64,000 bases of DNA from assembly GCA_965113315.1 (NCBI GenBank), contig OZ220372.1, one strand, 5' to 3'. Position numbers and translations under genes: made by a program. Below the pieces are notes generated by a model. It worked only from the letters and a program-made list of their open reading frames with translations. It was not told the DNA's origin and searched no databases. Of this stretch, positions 23,552-35,590 are shown one piece after another. Every line of letters begins with the position of its first letter. The stretch's first letter is position 1. Origin of the DNA: Podarcis vaucheri (taxonomy: Eukaryota).

Positions 23552-25027
23552 GGACTGGAAACTGTTTCTGTGAATAGTGGATCAACACAGGCATGTATCT
23601 CTTCCATTTCTCAGCTAATGTGAGATACCCACTCCATGCTAGCACCCTGCTTGGATGATCTTAATATATAACACAAACACAAAAACACAATATTGTTGGA
23701 ATAAAAAACCCTTAAGAGAATGATTGACACACTTAAAGGAGGGAATTCAACATACCACTAAGGATATTGCTGCTGCAGCACAAGCATTTTTCCTTCCTTG
23801 ATTTTCCCTCCCCCTCCCCCTGTGCATTGTTCTGGGACTTCTCCTGACACACACAAACATCCAGGCCAATTTGTTGGGCACACAGAAGGAAAGCCCCATT
23901 GCGCTAGCAGAAGTTCTTCTGCTAGCTTCTGTTAGCAGGCCTGATTAGTTTATTGTTGCCTAAAATTTCCATGTTTTATTGTACAGTACCTGATATGCTG
24001 CTTTGCCATACATTCATGGCCATGGTCTTCTCTGCCATGAAAACAGTAAAGATGTTCTAAATCTCACATATTGTGCTCACTCCTCCAAACACCCACACTT
24101 TGCCTTGATATTTCAGCCCCAAGCCTCTCCATCTTCAAGTTAGGACCACACAAATTCCCTTTCAAGTTACCCTTTTCTCCCACCTACTTTAGACTTAATA
24201 TGCTGCCTGTGGTATGAAAAGTTACAGGATCTCATCAGGAAGATATAGGACATGCAACAACTGGAAATGAAGCAGTATGTCTGCCACAGCTACTACAGGC
24301 ACAAACAGTACTGAAATCAGAATCACATATAACTGCTCTGATATAATCATGAATGCACAATAAAAAGGGCACCTGGAGGGATAAATCCAGCCTTCTAATA
24401 TTTATTTGATGTCTAGCCAATCCAGGGGCTTCATAATTTCTGCCAAACTCAGGGGTTGATGTAGTACGCCATTTTCCCCTGCTGTGCTTGAATGACCTCT
24501 GGTGTCTATACACAGAGGCAAATAGCCAACAGGTGAACCCTGAAACAGGGTCTCTTCCAGCTCGAATTGACGAACCCAAATTCTCCAGGTTCAGCCTCCT
24601 TCAAATAGGCTGAACTGAATTGGCTGCCATTAATGAAGGAGAAGCATTATTTCCTGCTGGGGATTGTGGGACTTTAACACAACATTTGTAGCTAAGGAGA
24701 GGCCTGGAATGGTATCTGGTGTGTTGTTAAGAGCCACACACTCTCTGGTATGCCCTCCACAAAACCTTTTTCACTAGGGAAGGGGGAGGACTGGCAGGGA
24801 AGGCAGAATGGTAGCTAAATAGGGCTTTCCAAGGGTTCACACTGAGCACCCAAAATCCTTCATAGTTTCTCAAGCATTCAACTGGCACACTTGAAAAAAA
24901 CAGTTTATTGAGGGGTCTCACACATCTCTAGGTGGGTGGAGCCACACACACAGTCCATAGAACCTCACTAGGCAAGGCTCCCAGTTCAAACCCTGCAATT
25001 CCTCACTCTCTTTGTGTTTTCTAGTTT

Positions 25028-25089
25028 TTCTTCTTCTTCTTCTTCTTCTTCTTCTTCTTCTTCTTCTTCTTCTTCTTCTTCTTCTTCTT
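25028..25089 (+). repeat. (TTC)20 microsatellite
   Basis: direct reading. Confidence 0.97.
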
Positions 25090-25135
25090 GCAAATGTGAA
25101 CATTCCATTATCCATGTTCCTTAACTGACATTCAG

Positions 25136-25218
25136 ATGAGGGGCCAAACCCCTGTGAAATGGTTCAGCAACCCAGATACAGAAAAGGGCCCGATGTCTGC
25201 TTTGATGATGATATTGAC
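25136..25218 (+). CDS. CACNA2D1-like: alpha2delta exon: [28 protein letters not shown]
   Basis: ttcag acceptor, gtaagt donor; [20 protein letters not shown] motif. Confidence 0.96.
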
Positions 25219-25796
25219 GTAAGTTTGCTTTTCTAAGAAATGGAGGAAATGCCTTCCCTGCACTAGGAAAAAAAAAGTTTTTTTTAAATGATTAGTTTGC
25301 ACCTTGAAATGCCCATTGATGTTAACCTATCTTCCATTAAATTGACTGTTGACTCTGAACCATAGTCACTCTATTTCAAATGTTCCCATGATTAACATAG
25401 AATTAACAGCTGCTTTTTTTCTGCGTTGCCTTTGCTGCAATTGCTGTGCTTTCACACATGATTCTTTTAAAGAGGGAGGTAGGGCAATATTTGCTACCAT
25501 TCTGTGCATCATGGTAACTGCTTGGCAATCTTGTCATCAGAACCTTTGAAAAAAAATGCCTAGAAAACTCTGTGGCTTTTCTTTTGGTCCTGAAGATACA
25601 GTGTAGTTGCCTAGTCCCAGTCTTCCCTGTGAATAGTAGATCTAGTGGATCAAAAGTAAGGGGTGGGGAACCTGTGGCCCTCCAGATGTTTCAGTCCCAG
25701 CCAGGTCAGAGATGATGGAAGTCCAACAACTTGGGGGGAACTGGGTTCACAGCCCCTGATCTAGATTAATTGGATTAATTCTAAGGGCTGCCATAT

Positions 25797-26140
25797 TGTG
25801 GTTCCATGGACAGTGAGGTGGTTGAGGAGCGAGCAGGTAGTAAGTAAAGACTATGAGACATGTGTTGGATTGAAATTAGACCACAACTTTATTTGGCATT
25901 GGCATTGGGCGTGCAGCCAGTGATCAACCAACCCACTTGCCGGTTGATTGACAGCTGTGGTTGACCATCGTTAGCGGTCCTCAATGGTGTGAACTGCTTT
26001 TGGCGTGCCCTGTGGCCCATCAGCCCTTGACTTGGGCTTCTGGATAGGAAGCACCACCCTCCAAGATTCCTTAAGGGAACCCCCCTTTCCTCCCATTCCT
26101 GCTAATGATCCAAACCAATGCCTCTTCTGCCACTAGACTT
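25797..26140 (-). mobile_element. decayed terminal-repeat element related to the one at 38997-39827
   Basis: ccacaactttatt is the reverse complement of the aataaagttgtgg motif of that element. Confidence 0.5.
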
Positions 26141-26645
26141 GGTGATCCTGGTAGAAATTATTCCTGTACCAAAATTTGAGAGTCCCAGATCTAGACTATA
26201 CTATACATTTTTTTTTAAGAACATGAACACAAATGGGTATTTTTTGTTGTAAAGTGTCTGCCACATTGAGAACATTGGATCACCCAATTTTAACAGTAAC
26301 ATTCATGTGCTGGAGATAGTTGGCAGAAACATTGGGAGAAACAACTATTAGCCCATCTCCATGCTCTTGATCCTGGATATGTTGTGTGTGAAAGTACAAG
26401 GAGTCTTGCTCACTAGCTTGTTGTGCTATTATCTGTGTTAACTGTGTCTTCTGTAGTTGTATTAGTGTAATATTTTACTTAAGTTTACTTTGCAATCCTC
26501 ACTGTGAAATTCTTTGCTCTTGGGTGAATGCTTTCACATTAACTCTGCTAACTGCCAGCAAACTGCATGAAATCTCATCTTGTATGTGTTTCTTTCTGTG
26601 TTTTCTTTCCTTTCCTCTACTTGCTATTTTGCCCGTTATTAATAG

Positions 26646-26734
26646 GATCAGCCTATATGCACAACGAGTCGTGCCTCTGCCATGATGTCCGCTCCTATCT
26701 CCATTTTTCTGCAAGTTTTCATGTGGTGTGGATG
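26646..26734 (+). CDS. CACNA2D1-like: candidate alternative exon DQPICTTSRASAMMSAPISIFLQVFMWCG(W); frame stays open to TAA at 26819 if the donor is not used
   Basis: ~85-nt AG-free pyrimidine-rich acceptor region, phase-0 fit to the previous exon, gtcagt donor at 26735; encodes Cys, small residues and a hydrophobic stretch like the canonical tail. No transcript evidence available. Confidence 0.5.
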
Positions 26735-27914
26735 GTCAGTTACTTTCTCTAATTTTGTGTTTCATTTTGTTTTTCAAAGTTTAGCATTTTTGTTAGTGTA
26801 TCACAGAAACATGTATTAATTGGGTGCCTTGGGGTGGTGGTGGGGAAAATAACTTGGAGCAAATGGCTTTATTTATTTATTGGGCTTGTTCAGGAGCTAT
26901 TTTCCCCCTGAGAATAGATTGGGAGCACATCCTCCTTTCCTGAATGGGAGAGTCTGTGGTTATTTGAAAAGGGTTTAATCTTCTGGGTAGTAATTCAGTT
27001 AATTTAGACATTCCCTTCTCTCTGTGGCAAGTAGAGAGACTGCACTCCCAAGGATAATCAGGGAAGACAGATACAGTTCTAAAGAGGCCACAAGATAAAC
27101 AGCCATAGTAATTTGGTGTGTTAACTTTGGAAGTGAATCCTATTGTTTCAGAACATGCTTAGAATCACAATCTGAAGACAGAAATGTATTGCATATTGTT
27201 CTTTCCTGGTCCAGCACTGTAGCAGATTGCTAACTTTAAGACTTCGCAGTCCACCCTCGCCGCTCCTAAGGAGCGGTCTGTGATAGAGCACACCTGGTTC
27301 AGTCCCTAGCAAGTTTCTAGTTAGGATAGATGGCATTTGCCCAGAGGGACCACCACAACTGCTCCTGGCAATCCTTTGTTACTTATTTTGTATCCATGAT
27401 AAGAAATCTGAAAAAGTTTGAATCTCTAAATTGGAGTCATGCCGACATTCTTAGTTGTTGGGAGGGTTGTGAGACCAATAGAATAGAGACTAATCATGTT
27501 TTGTTCTTGCTCCTATTAAGAGGTACGACTTCACAATACCGGCACTAGCCTTTTTTTTCTGAGCCTAACAAAGGAAACAAGCAAACAAAAATAGAATATT
27601 AAATATAATATTTAAATATAGTTCGCTAAAATTAAAAAGCTGTTGCTGCCTAAGAGTACAAGCATTTTAACATTTTCTTTCAATAAGGGGCTTGTGGCAT
27701 TTTCACAATCATACAGCTGGGCTACACATTACAAAGTGAATACAATATTTTCAACATTGAACTTGCTTTGTAATATTAAGCTGCTCTTCCCTTGTGAACC
27801 ATACTTTCCTGTGATTTTCCCTCAGTTGTGATCTGAGGCTAGAAGAAGTGAAGCGAAAGAGAAATTTGTCTGGGGGGCACACCTCTGAGGGGTTAATCAG
27901 TAAGGCAGTTGGAG

Positions 27915-28290
27915 TTAAGCACCCCTTCCCTTCTGCTGGTTCCGTCTGTCTTCAGAGTCAATGGAGTGCACTTCTGGGGGTAAAGTCAAACTGCTGTGTT
28001 AGCATCACTCAAATTACTTCCCCAGGGCAGTGTCCATAGAAGTCCTAGGCTGCTGAGATGACAAGACCCACTCTCGGCCCCACTGATGAGGTCCAAAGGA
28101 GAGCACCAGCTTGGCTGCAGGAGTTGCCCATAGGAGGCGTACATAGTGCTATCCAGCTGTCTTAGGGTTTACTCCTGAGTCTTTTCTTCTCCAGATGATT
28201 TCCTGCCAGGCAGCAAAGGTTTAGGACCAGAATTTTTCTTCTCCTAGATAGGCTCCTTAGCCTGGTTGACGAGCCCCATATGGGAAACCT
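27915..28290 (-). mobile_element. decayed RTE-type LINE 5' region
   Basis: recalled similarity (ggcaccagcttggctgcaggagttgcc; gacgagcccc); not verified. Confidence 0.4.
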
Positions 28291-30270
28291 CTCCCCCCCC
28301 AAATGCCCCTTTACATTTATGCCATCTGACCCATATACCATGTCATTCCACCCTGAAAATCCTCAGTCCTTATTTGTGCATAGTGCTGAGGACAGGATCC
28401 TAGTTGTTGGAAATTGTATGTTTTATAGACAAGGTTAAACCTTCTTTTAACAGGCTGGATCTAGACACATCAAAGAAGTGTTTCAGTTTAAAGCACTGTA
28501 AATTTAAAGAGGGAAAACAGATAGAGAAAAACGGGACTCCACACCGCCATCTTTACCAGTCTAGCTGAGTCCATATTTTCAGGCAATTTTACCTGCTGCA
28601 AAACACATCCTTCAAATAGGGCAAACTCTACAATTCTATGGCCTCAGGAGGTGTGGGGAGCAGCCACCCCCACCCCCTGCCTTAGAAATAAGTGAGTGGC
28701 CTCATTCATTCACTTCTCAAGTAGATGTTCATTTAATCTAGTGAAGTAACAGGTGCGCCTCTCCTTCCACCCAAGCCTAGTGCATCATGTGAACTATGTG
28801 CTTCACATGGAGTCTTCTATGTGCAAAAGCTGGCACGCTTTGCTCCTCAAAAAGGGAAGGGAATCATTGGTTGAATCAGGACTGTTTGCATGCATGCCTT
28901 TGTACGGCGAATCTCTCCCACATGTGTGGTTCTAGTATCTGGTGAAAGCAGTGCATCCTGCCCCGTGGGATTTTGGTCATCACCTGGTAAGCGCATGACC
29001 TGGCTAACTTCCAGCCATTGTCACCATGGGCTGAGGTGGTCCTGGTCATGCTAACTCAGGCTGCACTGCTCAGCATATGCTGGCCTTACCACCACAACTG
29101 CTCCTAAAGCTACTCTAATAAGAGCTCATCTCTGCCAAGTTCTGCTTGTGATACTGGCATGCTTAGGGCCATCTCTGTGCATTTGAGTCACAGCTAGAAG
29201 TTGTCACAGATTAACAAACTCTTTTCTTATTTATTAATTTATGGGAAGCTCTAACAAAAACCAGATTCCCCAGGAAAGGATTCCCCTGGGAAGCTCAAAC
29301 TAAAAACAGATACTTAATTTTATTAGGTATATTTGTTTTTTTAAACTGTTGATTTTGATAACTTTACATTATCTACTTGCTTAAAGTTTGATAACTTTAC
29401 ATTATCTGCTGTTGATTTTATCGGTATTTTTATCGGTATTTTCTTGTAAACTACTTAGAGGTGGTTGTTTTCTGATTAAACAGTATATGAATAGGGTTCC
29501 TAGACAGTCCTCCTTCCCAGCCACTCACTATAACCCGACCAACTAGGTTTCAGTATAATTTGCTGCATCATGTGGCATCTGAAGATGCCTTGAGCAGCCA
29601 GGACGTTACATACAAAGGCATAGCTTATGATATTGCAGAGCTATATACTAATTATACTGGTATGTGATAATGCATATTTTTCTATATAATATATAATACA
29701 GAATATTGTATGTATGCCCTATAATGGATATTTGATTACAAGCACTGTATGCCTGCTGAACTGGGGTGAAGATGGATGAAACATAAATATGGCTCACATA
29801 AAACTTTTTAGCTGCTGTGCAAACTGATTCCAGCAAATGAAGTGTTTTCTAGTCATCTGTCTGAATCTTCCTATGTAGTTCAGTGAGGCATTTTGCATTT
29901 TTAGAACACTGTTTGAATGTTCAGTTCTTAATTCTTCACCTTTATTGATTTAAAAAGGAAACTGCTCCAGGAAATGAGTGGAGCAGGTTTTCTCTTAGGA
30001 AAGTCGAGGTTGCTGGGCAATCACTGGTTCTGCTCTAGGATTGCAGGACTCCAGTTTTCAGAGGTCAAGCTTGGAGAAGGAAGGTACATTTGGACTCAAA
30101 GTAGTGAGGGTATTTCCAGAGCAGCCCTACTGCTCTTACATCAATCCTTACCCTTAACTTATCTTCCTAGAGTCCCACTAGAGGGAGACATCATCCTGGC
30201 CATCTCTTAACATTGAATAGAGAAAAATCATAAAAGTGGGAATGGGTTTCTGTTTGTGTTGTGTATGTAG

Positions 30271-30306
<36 letters not shown>

Positions 30307-30559
30307 TAAGAACAGTTGCTAGACTTGATATCTGGTGTCTATCTCTAGAGATGCACTGTTTCTTCAAGATATTGGGGGTGGGAGACAAATTAGTTTCTGG
30401 CATTTGTTTACCTTCTGTTGTGCACAGCTTGTTTGATAACTTTTTGAAAATTAACTTCGTATTCTATAAACGCTCTTTATTCTATGGGCACAAAACAAAA
30501 AGACCACCTGTGCCCCAGTGGCTTCAAGTTACAAAAAAAGGAGATTCCAACCAAACATC

Positions 30560-30746
30560 AGGAAAAAACATTCCGACAGTGAGTGCCTATTTGACAATGG
30601 AATCTCTCAGGAGGTTGTGGAGGTTTTTAAGCAGAGGTTGGATGGTCATCTGTCATGGACACTTTAGCTGAGATTCCTGCATTGCAGGCGGTTAGACTGG
30701 ATGACATTTGGGGTCACTTTCAACTCCACAATTCTACGATTCTATG
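30560..30746 (+). mobile_element. CR1 LINE 3' fragment
   Basis: ggaggtttttaagcagaggttggatgg...attctacgattctatga tail. Confidence 0.85.
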
Positions 30747-33700
30747 AAAACTATCCCACCCCACTCTTTATCCAGAAGCCTCCTGCCCCAATCTTCTACC
30801 AAGGATCAGGAGACCCTTCTGAATGGGGTTGAGATGAGGAGGAAGGGGGGAATGGCCCCAAATGTCACCTTCTGTGGGCAGGTTTTCAGTGATCCTCATT
30901 TTCTCCTCTACGCCGTCATTTCACAATCCACTCCATTCAGCAAGGTCTCCAGCACCCGAGAAGAGACTGTGGGGGCTTCAGGGGGAGCTGTTTGGGGAAA
31001 TTTTCACCCTGTGCAACCCCTTTCGCAGGCATTTCTTTTGTTCTGGGAAGGTGCTCTGGCGAACGTCAAAGGGATATGTGGGGCGAAGATGCTTTGCACT
31101 GCCCCTCCCTGGTGATCCTCAAAGGGATGTGGCAGGGCCCTGAATTCTTGAGGAGCCTGACCCCTTCCTTGAAAATATGGGGGGTTCCCCCCTGCCCCCC
31201 CATGGTGCGCCTGAGCAACAATGTGGCACAATCACTACAGGGGTGTTGTTTTACTAGGTGAGTGCAATTTGAAAATGGGTCCTGCTCTATTTATCCTACA
31301 TGTTTCATATGGGAGTACAGGCCCGGCCTTTTCTTGAGGTCAGTGAAGTCATCCCAGTGAAGCCTAGAATATCTAATTCCTTGCAAGACTTCACTGAAAC
31401 CTACAAAATGCACCACCAGCCATTTTTATTCCTTCAGACATTACCTTGAATTGCTGCTCTCCCTCGATTGCACCCAAGCTGTCTCCCGTTAATGCCTGCA
31501 ACTTCTGCAACATAGTTGTGCTGAGGGATGTACGTCACCTGCAACACTCCCTCCCAGTTTGGGTTGTGCGTAACTAGTACCATGCATAACCATACCATCG
31601 TGCCGCTGCAAGTAATGCATGAAGCGGGCATTAGAGGAAGAGAAACCACCCTCTCCTTGGTGGAAAGTGCCCTGCTCTGCCCAGCCTGCCTCAAGCATGG
31701 CTTGTACTTAAAGCAACACAATCCGTTTTGAACAGAAGAGCACAACTATCCCTTCCTCCTAATCATTTGTCAGTGTATCATTGACTGAGAAGCACTCAGG
31801 AGGGGAAATGAATCAGGAGATATACTAAACCACAGTGATCATTCACAAGAAATGTGTATTTCCCAGTTCTGCTTTGATTTCTTGGGCAGGATCCCAACCT
31901 GCAGATGGCACAGCACAGTGATAGGTTTCTTGGAGTGGAAGGCGGAACTGGCAGTCTCCTGACTAGGGGAGACCTGATGCAGCTGGTGACAATTTTGAAA
32001 CTTGCAGCATAGGAAGAATGGCAATCTGCAAAACAAACTTTTAATTGAAAACTTCTCCATTAATTCTGATTTTAAAAAAAAAACGTGTTGGCAGAGATGT
32101 ACTTACCAAGGGCTTTAACGGGCGTTTGGCATGTCTTAGTGCAACATCACCCTCTCAGAACAATGAACCAAAGTTTAAATGGACGGAAAAGCCACGTTTT
32201 GTGAAAACTAAACAGTTCCCAATAACAATTTGTGTAAACAAGTGTTATCTCTGAATGCTTCAAAACTTTTTGTAATGAATATTGCAAAAGACCAACAGCT
32301 AAACACAGCTGCTAAATCTCCAGCCTCCTTCTCAATGCCCAGACCTGCTCTTAGCAGAGCAGGCTCCAGAATGCCATAAGCTCAGGTGGAGCTCAAAGCT
32401 GCCTGACGCAGTGAGGAGGAGCAGCAGCACAAACACACAAGTAGAAGACCCTGAGAAAGCACATTGTTGCTTTTAAGTTTACTCTTCCTACTTAATTAAT
32501 TCTTTTTCATTTCCTAATGGGAGGGGGGCAGTGCTGACAAAAGCCTGACTAATTTCTTTTCTGAAATTAGCCCTGGGTTCGGGAGCAACAAAAGGCTATA
32601 ATGGGTATTAAATGATCCTGCAAAGCTACAATAACATATTGAGTCAGAGGCTTACATGTGATCTCTTTTGGATGTGCATTTTAATACTAATTTTTTTAAT
32701 GAGGTCAAAGATTCTCTGGACATCCCAGAAGTGCTACTAAGTTCCTTGCCAACATCATGAGTTATTTGCATTTTCTGAAGGCAAATCTATAAGGGTTTTT
32801 TGGCTTCCTCTTGCTTGAGTCACTCACTATTAAGTTCCACAGAACCTTTCTGCAGAATTTATATGTGCACTAAGTACGAATGCAGAATAGCCTCCTAGCA
32901 GAAATACTGGGCAAACTTCATCTCTAGACACATGTACATTTCAAGCAAATAAAAACCCATTGCAGAGAAATTTGCATTAGGAAAGACACAAGCTGAAAGA
33001 GCTAAGCCACATTTTTAGATTATCAGCAAATAGTATGCCTGCTTCCATGAAGTAATCATGTGAGCAACACAGATGTAGCAAGAAACTATGTGGCCCATCC
33101 TCTGCCAATGTGAAAAAGATAAGTGCCACAAGATAGACCACAAGATGGTCCCAGTGCATTCCTCCAGCTTAAGAGATCCAGTTCTCCCCGAGGGTAACCC
33201 AGTCTAGTGATGTTTCTCTCCAAAGCCCCATCCCATGCCCGGTTTAGAGATATTAGGAATATTAGATAGAGAGACAGCAAACCCAGTTTAGTGTGCTTTC
33301 TGTGTCTCTGGAGGCATACTGAATATTTCAGGACTGTAAATGTTTTTCATTTGGTAGGACACTACACTACGCTCACTCACACACACACCTGGAAAGATTT
33401 ATCCTTTAATTTTAAATTGCAAACACTGACCAAGTTCCAACACTTCAAAGAGCTGAGATGCTCACACTCTTCTGACATACTGTTTGCCTTCAGATAAATA
33501 TTTTTGAAGAGATTCCTATGAATTCATACATCTGAGAGCTGTTCCTTTGGATTCAGACATCCCCATATATTTTCTTCTTTTTAAAAAAATCCATGTGAAT
33601 AACCAGTTCTGAAACAGCATTTTCCGTGCAGATGATTCCACAGTAGTCATTCCAAAAATACTTTAGTGCAGAGTAGAAGTTACAGTAGAAATTGGTTCTT

Positions 33701-35240
33701 CAGACATATTTCACTCCTTATCTTGTTGGAAGTTTCCTTGTCCATGTCTCTTAATTCTTTATTTCATTCTAATCTTGGCTGGGCCTTTTCTACCCTTTGT
33801 ATAAATCTTCAGATGCTTTGAAAATCAAACATTCATACGCATAATCTAAACTACATATCATTTTCAGTGAAAGGGAGCTTTCAAAATTCTTTTAATAAAT
33901 TCACTTGTTATCTAGAAAAACAAATAAATTGGCTAAAGATCTTAAGAATTTTGAATGATAACATTTATGGTAGATATTATTTTTAAAAATATACAAATAA
34001 AAAATGGAACGAGAAAAATAGCATTACTCACATAGGCATGTTTTCAAAGGTGTTTGCATCAGGGCAAACTTTTAAAAAGTTCTACAGTCCTAAGGAGAGC
34101 AGCTTTTGCAGGGAAGACATGGGGGAACTGCAGTGGGTGGGCATGATCATCAAAAAGGAAAGTGTGCATGAAAGAAAGTGTGTTCTGCTCAGGCAGAAAT
34201 ACATTTGGAGGCATGCCATAATAGGTAATGCTGAGTTAAAGCAGCAGCAGCAGCAACAACAACAACAACAAAAGATTTCATTTATTCAAAATAATATTAA
34301 ATCAGCTCTAAAGTGCCTTGCCGTATGTTCTTTTCATGCACAACTCCATCCCAAAAAATTATTAAAGGAGACCAAGTTTCAGAAAAAACAACTGGGTGAG
34401 CATAGCTTCCCATCCCACAACCATCTGGAACATGTTAACGTATTCATTAAAGCAGTCTGCAACACTTTTCTCAACCACTCAAGCCATTTTTCCAAAATTT
34501 TGCCAGTAAAGATTCTGGCTGTCAACTAACAGAGTAAGTTTTAGTTCACTGAACAAGCTTACTAATGGATTATACTGGATTTTATAAAAATGTATATTCT
34601 TAATCACTCCTAAGTTATTTTGCCAATACATTTTCAGCCTCCTATGTCTCCACCATGTGTGAAGATAGGTGGCATCCACTCAACGATATCTTACACAATT
34701 CCCAGACAGCATACATTTTTGTTAATTTGGGAGGTTTAAGTTTTCTAGAATTCTTCTCTCAAAAATATGTGTAAAGAATAGCTATGATGAAACTTGCATA
34801 TATAATTCCAGTGTTCTTCTAACTTGAGCATCTCCAGAACTCTTTCTCATTACTTGATTATATTACTTCATTTTATTAACAGTAGAATCCATACATTTAG
34901 ATAACAGGCTCCTATAAAATTTCATATTCATCACCAAATGTTCACACTCAGTTAACAGCTTGGTAGTATAATCTTAGTAAATAAATTTCTGTGTTTAAGG
35001 TACTAAAGGAGGAGGAGGTTTTTTTTATCAGTTGAGGAAAGACCAATTGGTTTTTGTTTAGTTTCATGAAAGAAGCTCTGCTACAGCATGACACAACACA
35101 GACACAAAGAGTGGGAGAGGGAGCCAAACTAAACAACCCTAAAAGTTCAGTATATCATCTGATCTTATTCCAGATAGGGTTGTGTGCCAAATAGAATGCA
35201 AAATTTTCCTGATGGCTTTATTAACTGGTACCTGCATTAT

Positions 35241-35590
35241 AGCGGGACGTGGGTGGCGCTGTGGTCTAAATCACTGAGCCTCTGGGCTTGCCAATCAGAA
35301 GGTCAGCGGTTCGAATCCCCACAATGGGGTGAGCTCCTGTTGTTCAGTCTCAACTCCTGCCAACCTAGCAGTTCAAAAGCACGTCAAAGTGCAAGTAGAT
35401 AAATCAGTACCGCTCCAGCGGGAAGCTAAACGGCGTTTCCGTGTGCTGCTCTGGTTTCACCAGAAGCAGCTTAGTCATGCTGGCCACATGACCTGGAAAA
35501 ACTCTGCGGACAAATGTCAGCTCCCTTGGCCAGTAAAGCGAGATGAGCGCCGCAACCCCAGAGTCGTCTGTGACTAGACTTAATTACATA
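35241..35590 (+). mobile_element. Sauria SINE
   Basis: head and body intact; 11-bp TSD ACCTGCATTAT. Confidence 0.9.

Larger units (their letters stand above)
23387..25135 (+). other. U12-type (minor spliceosome) GT-AG intron
   Basis: 5' splice site GTATCCTTT (23387-23395); branch site TTCCTTAAC (25117-25125) ending 10 nt before the intron end; no polypyrimidine tract between branch site and AG. Confidence 0.93.

Noticed and set aside
28083-28110. CTGATGAG as a hammerhead ribozyme core
   Set aside because: No GAAA after the putative stem II and no closing stems; it lies within a decayed LINE-like repeat.
29345-29442. Short tandem duplications (tttgataactttacattatct x2; tttatcggtattt x2)
   Set aside because: Ordinary slippage duplications in AT-rich sequence.
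34038-34529. 163-aa ORF with polyQ
   Set aside because: The polyQ comes from a CAG/CAA microsatellite; no recognisable homology or exon structure.
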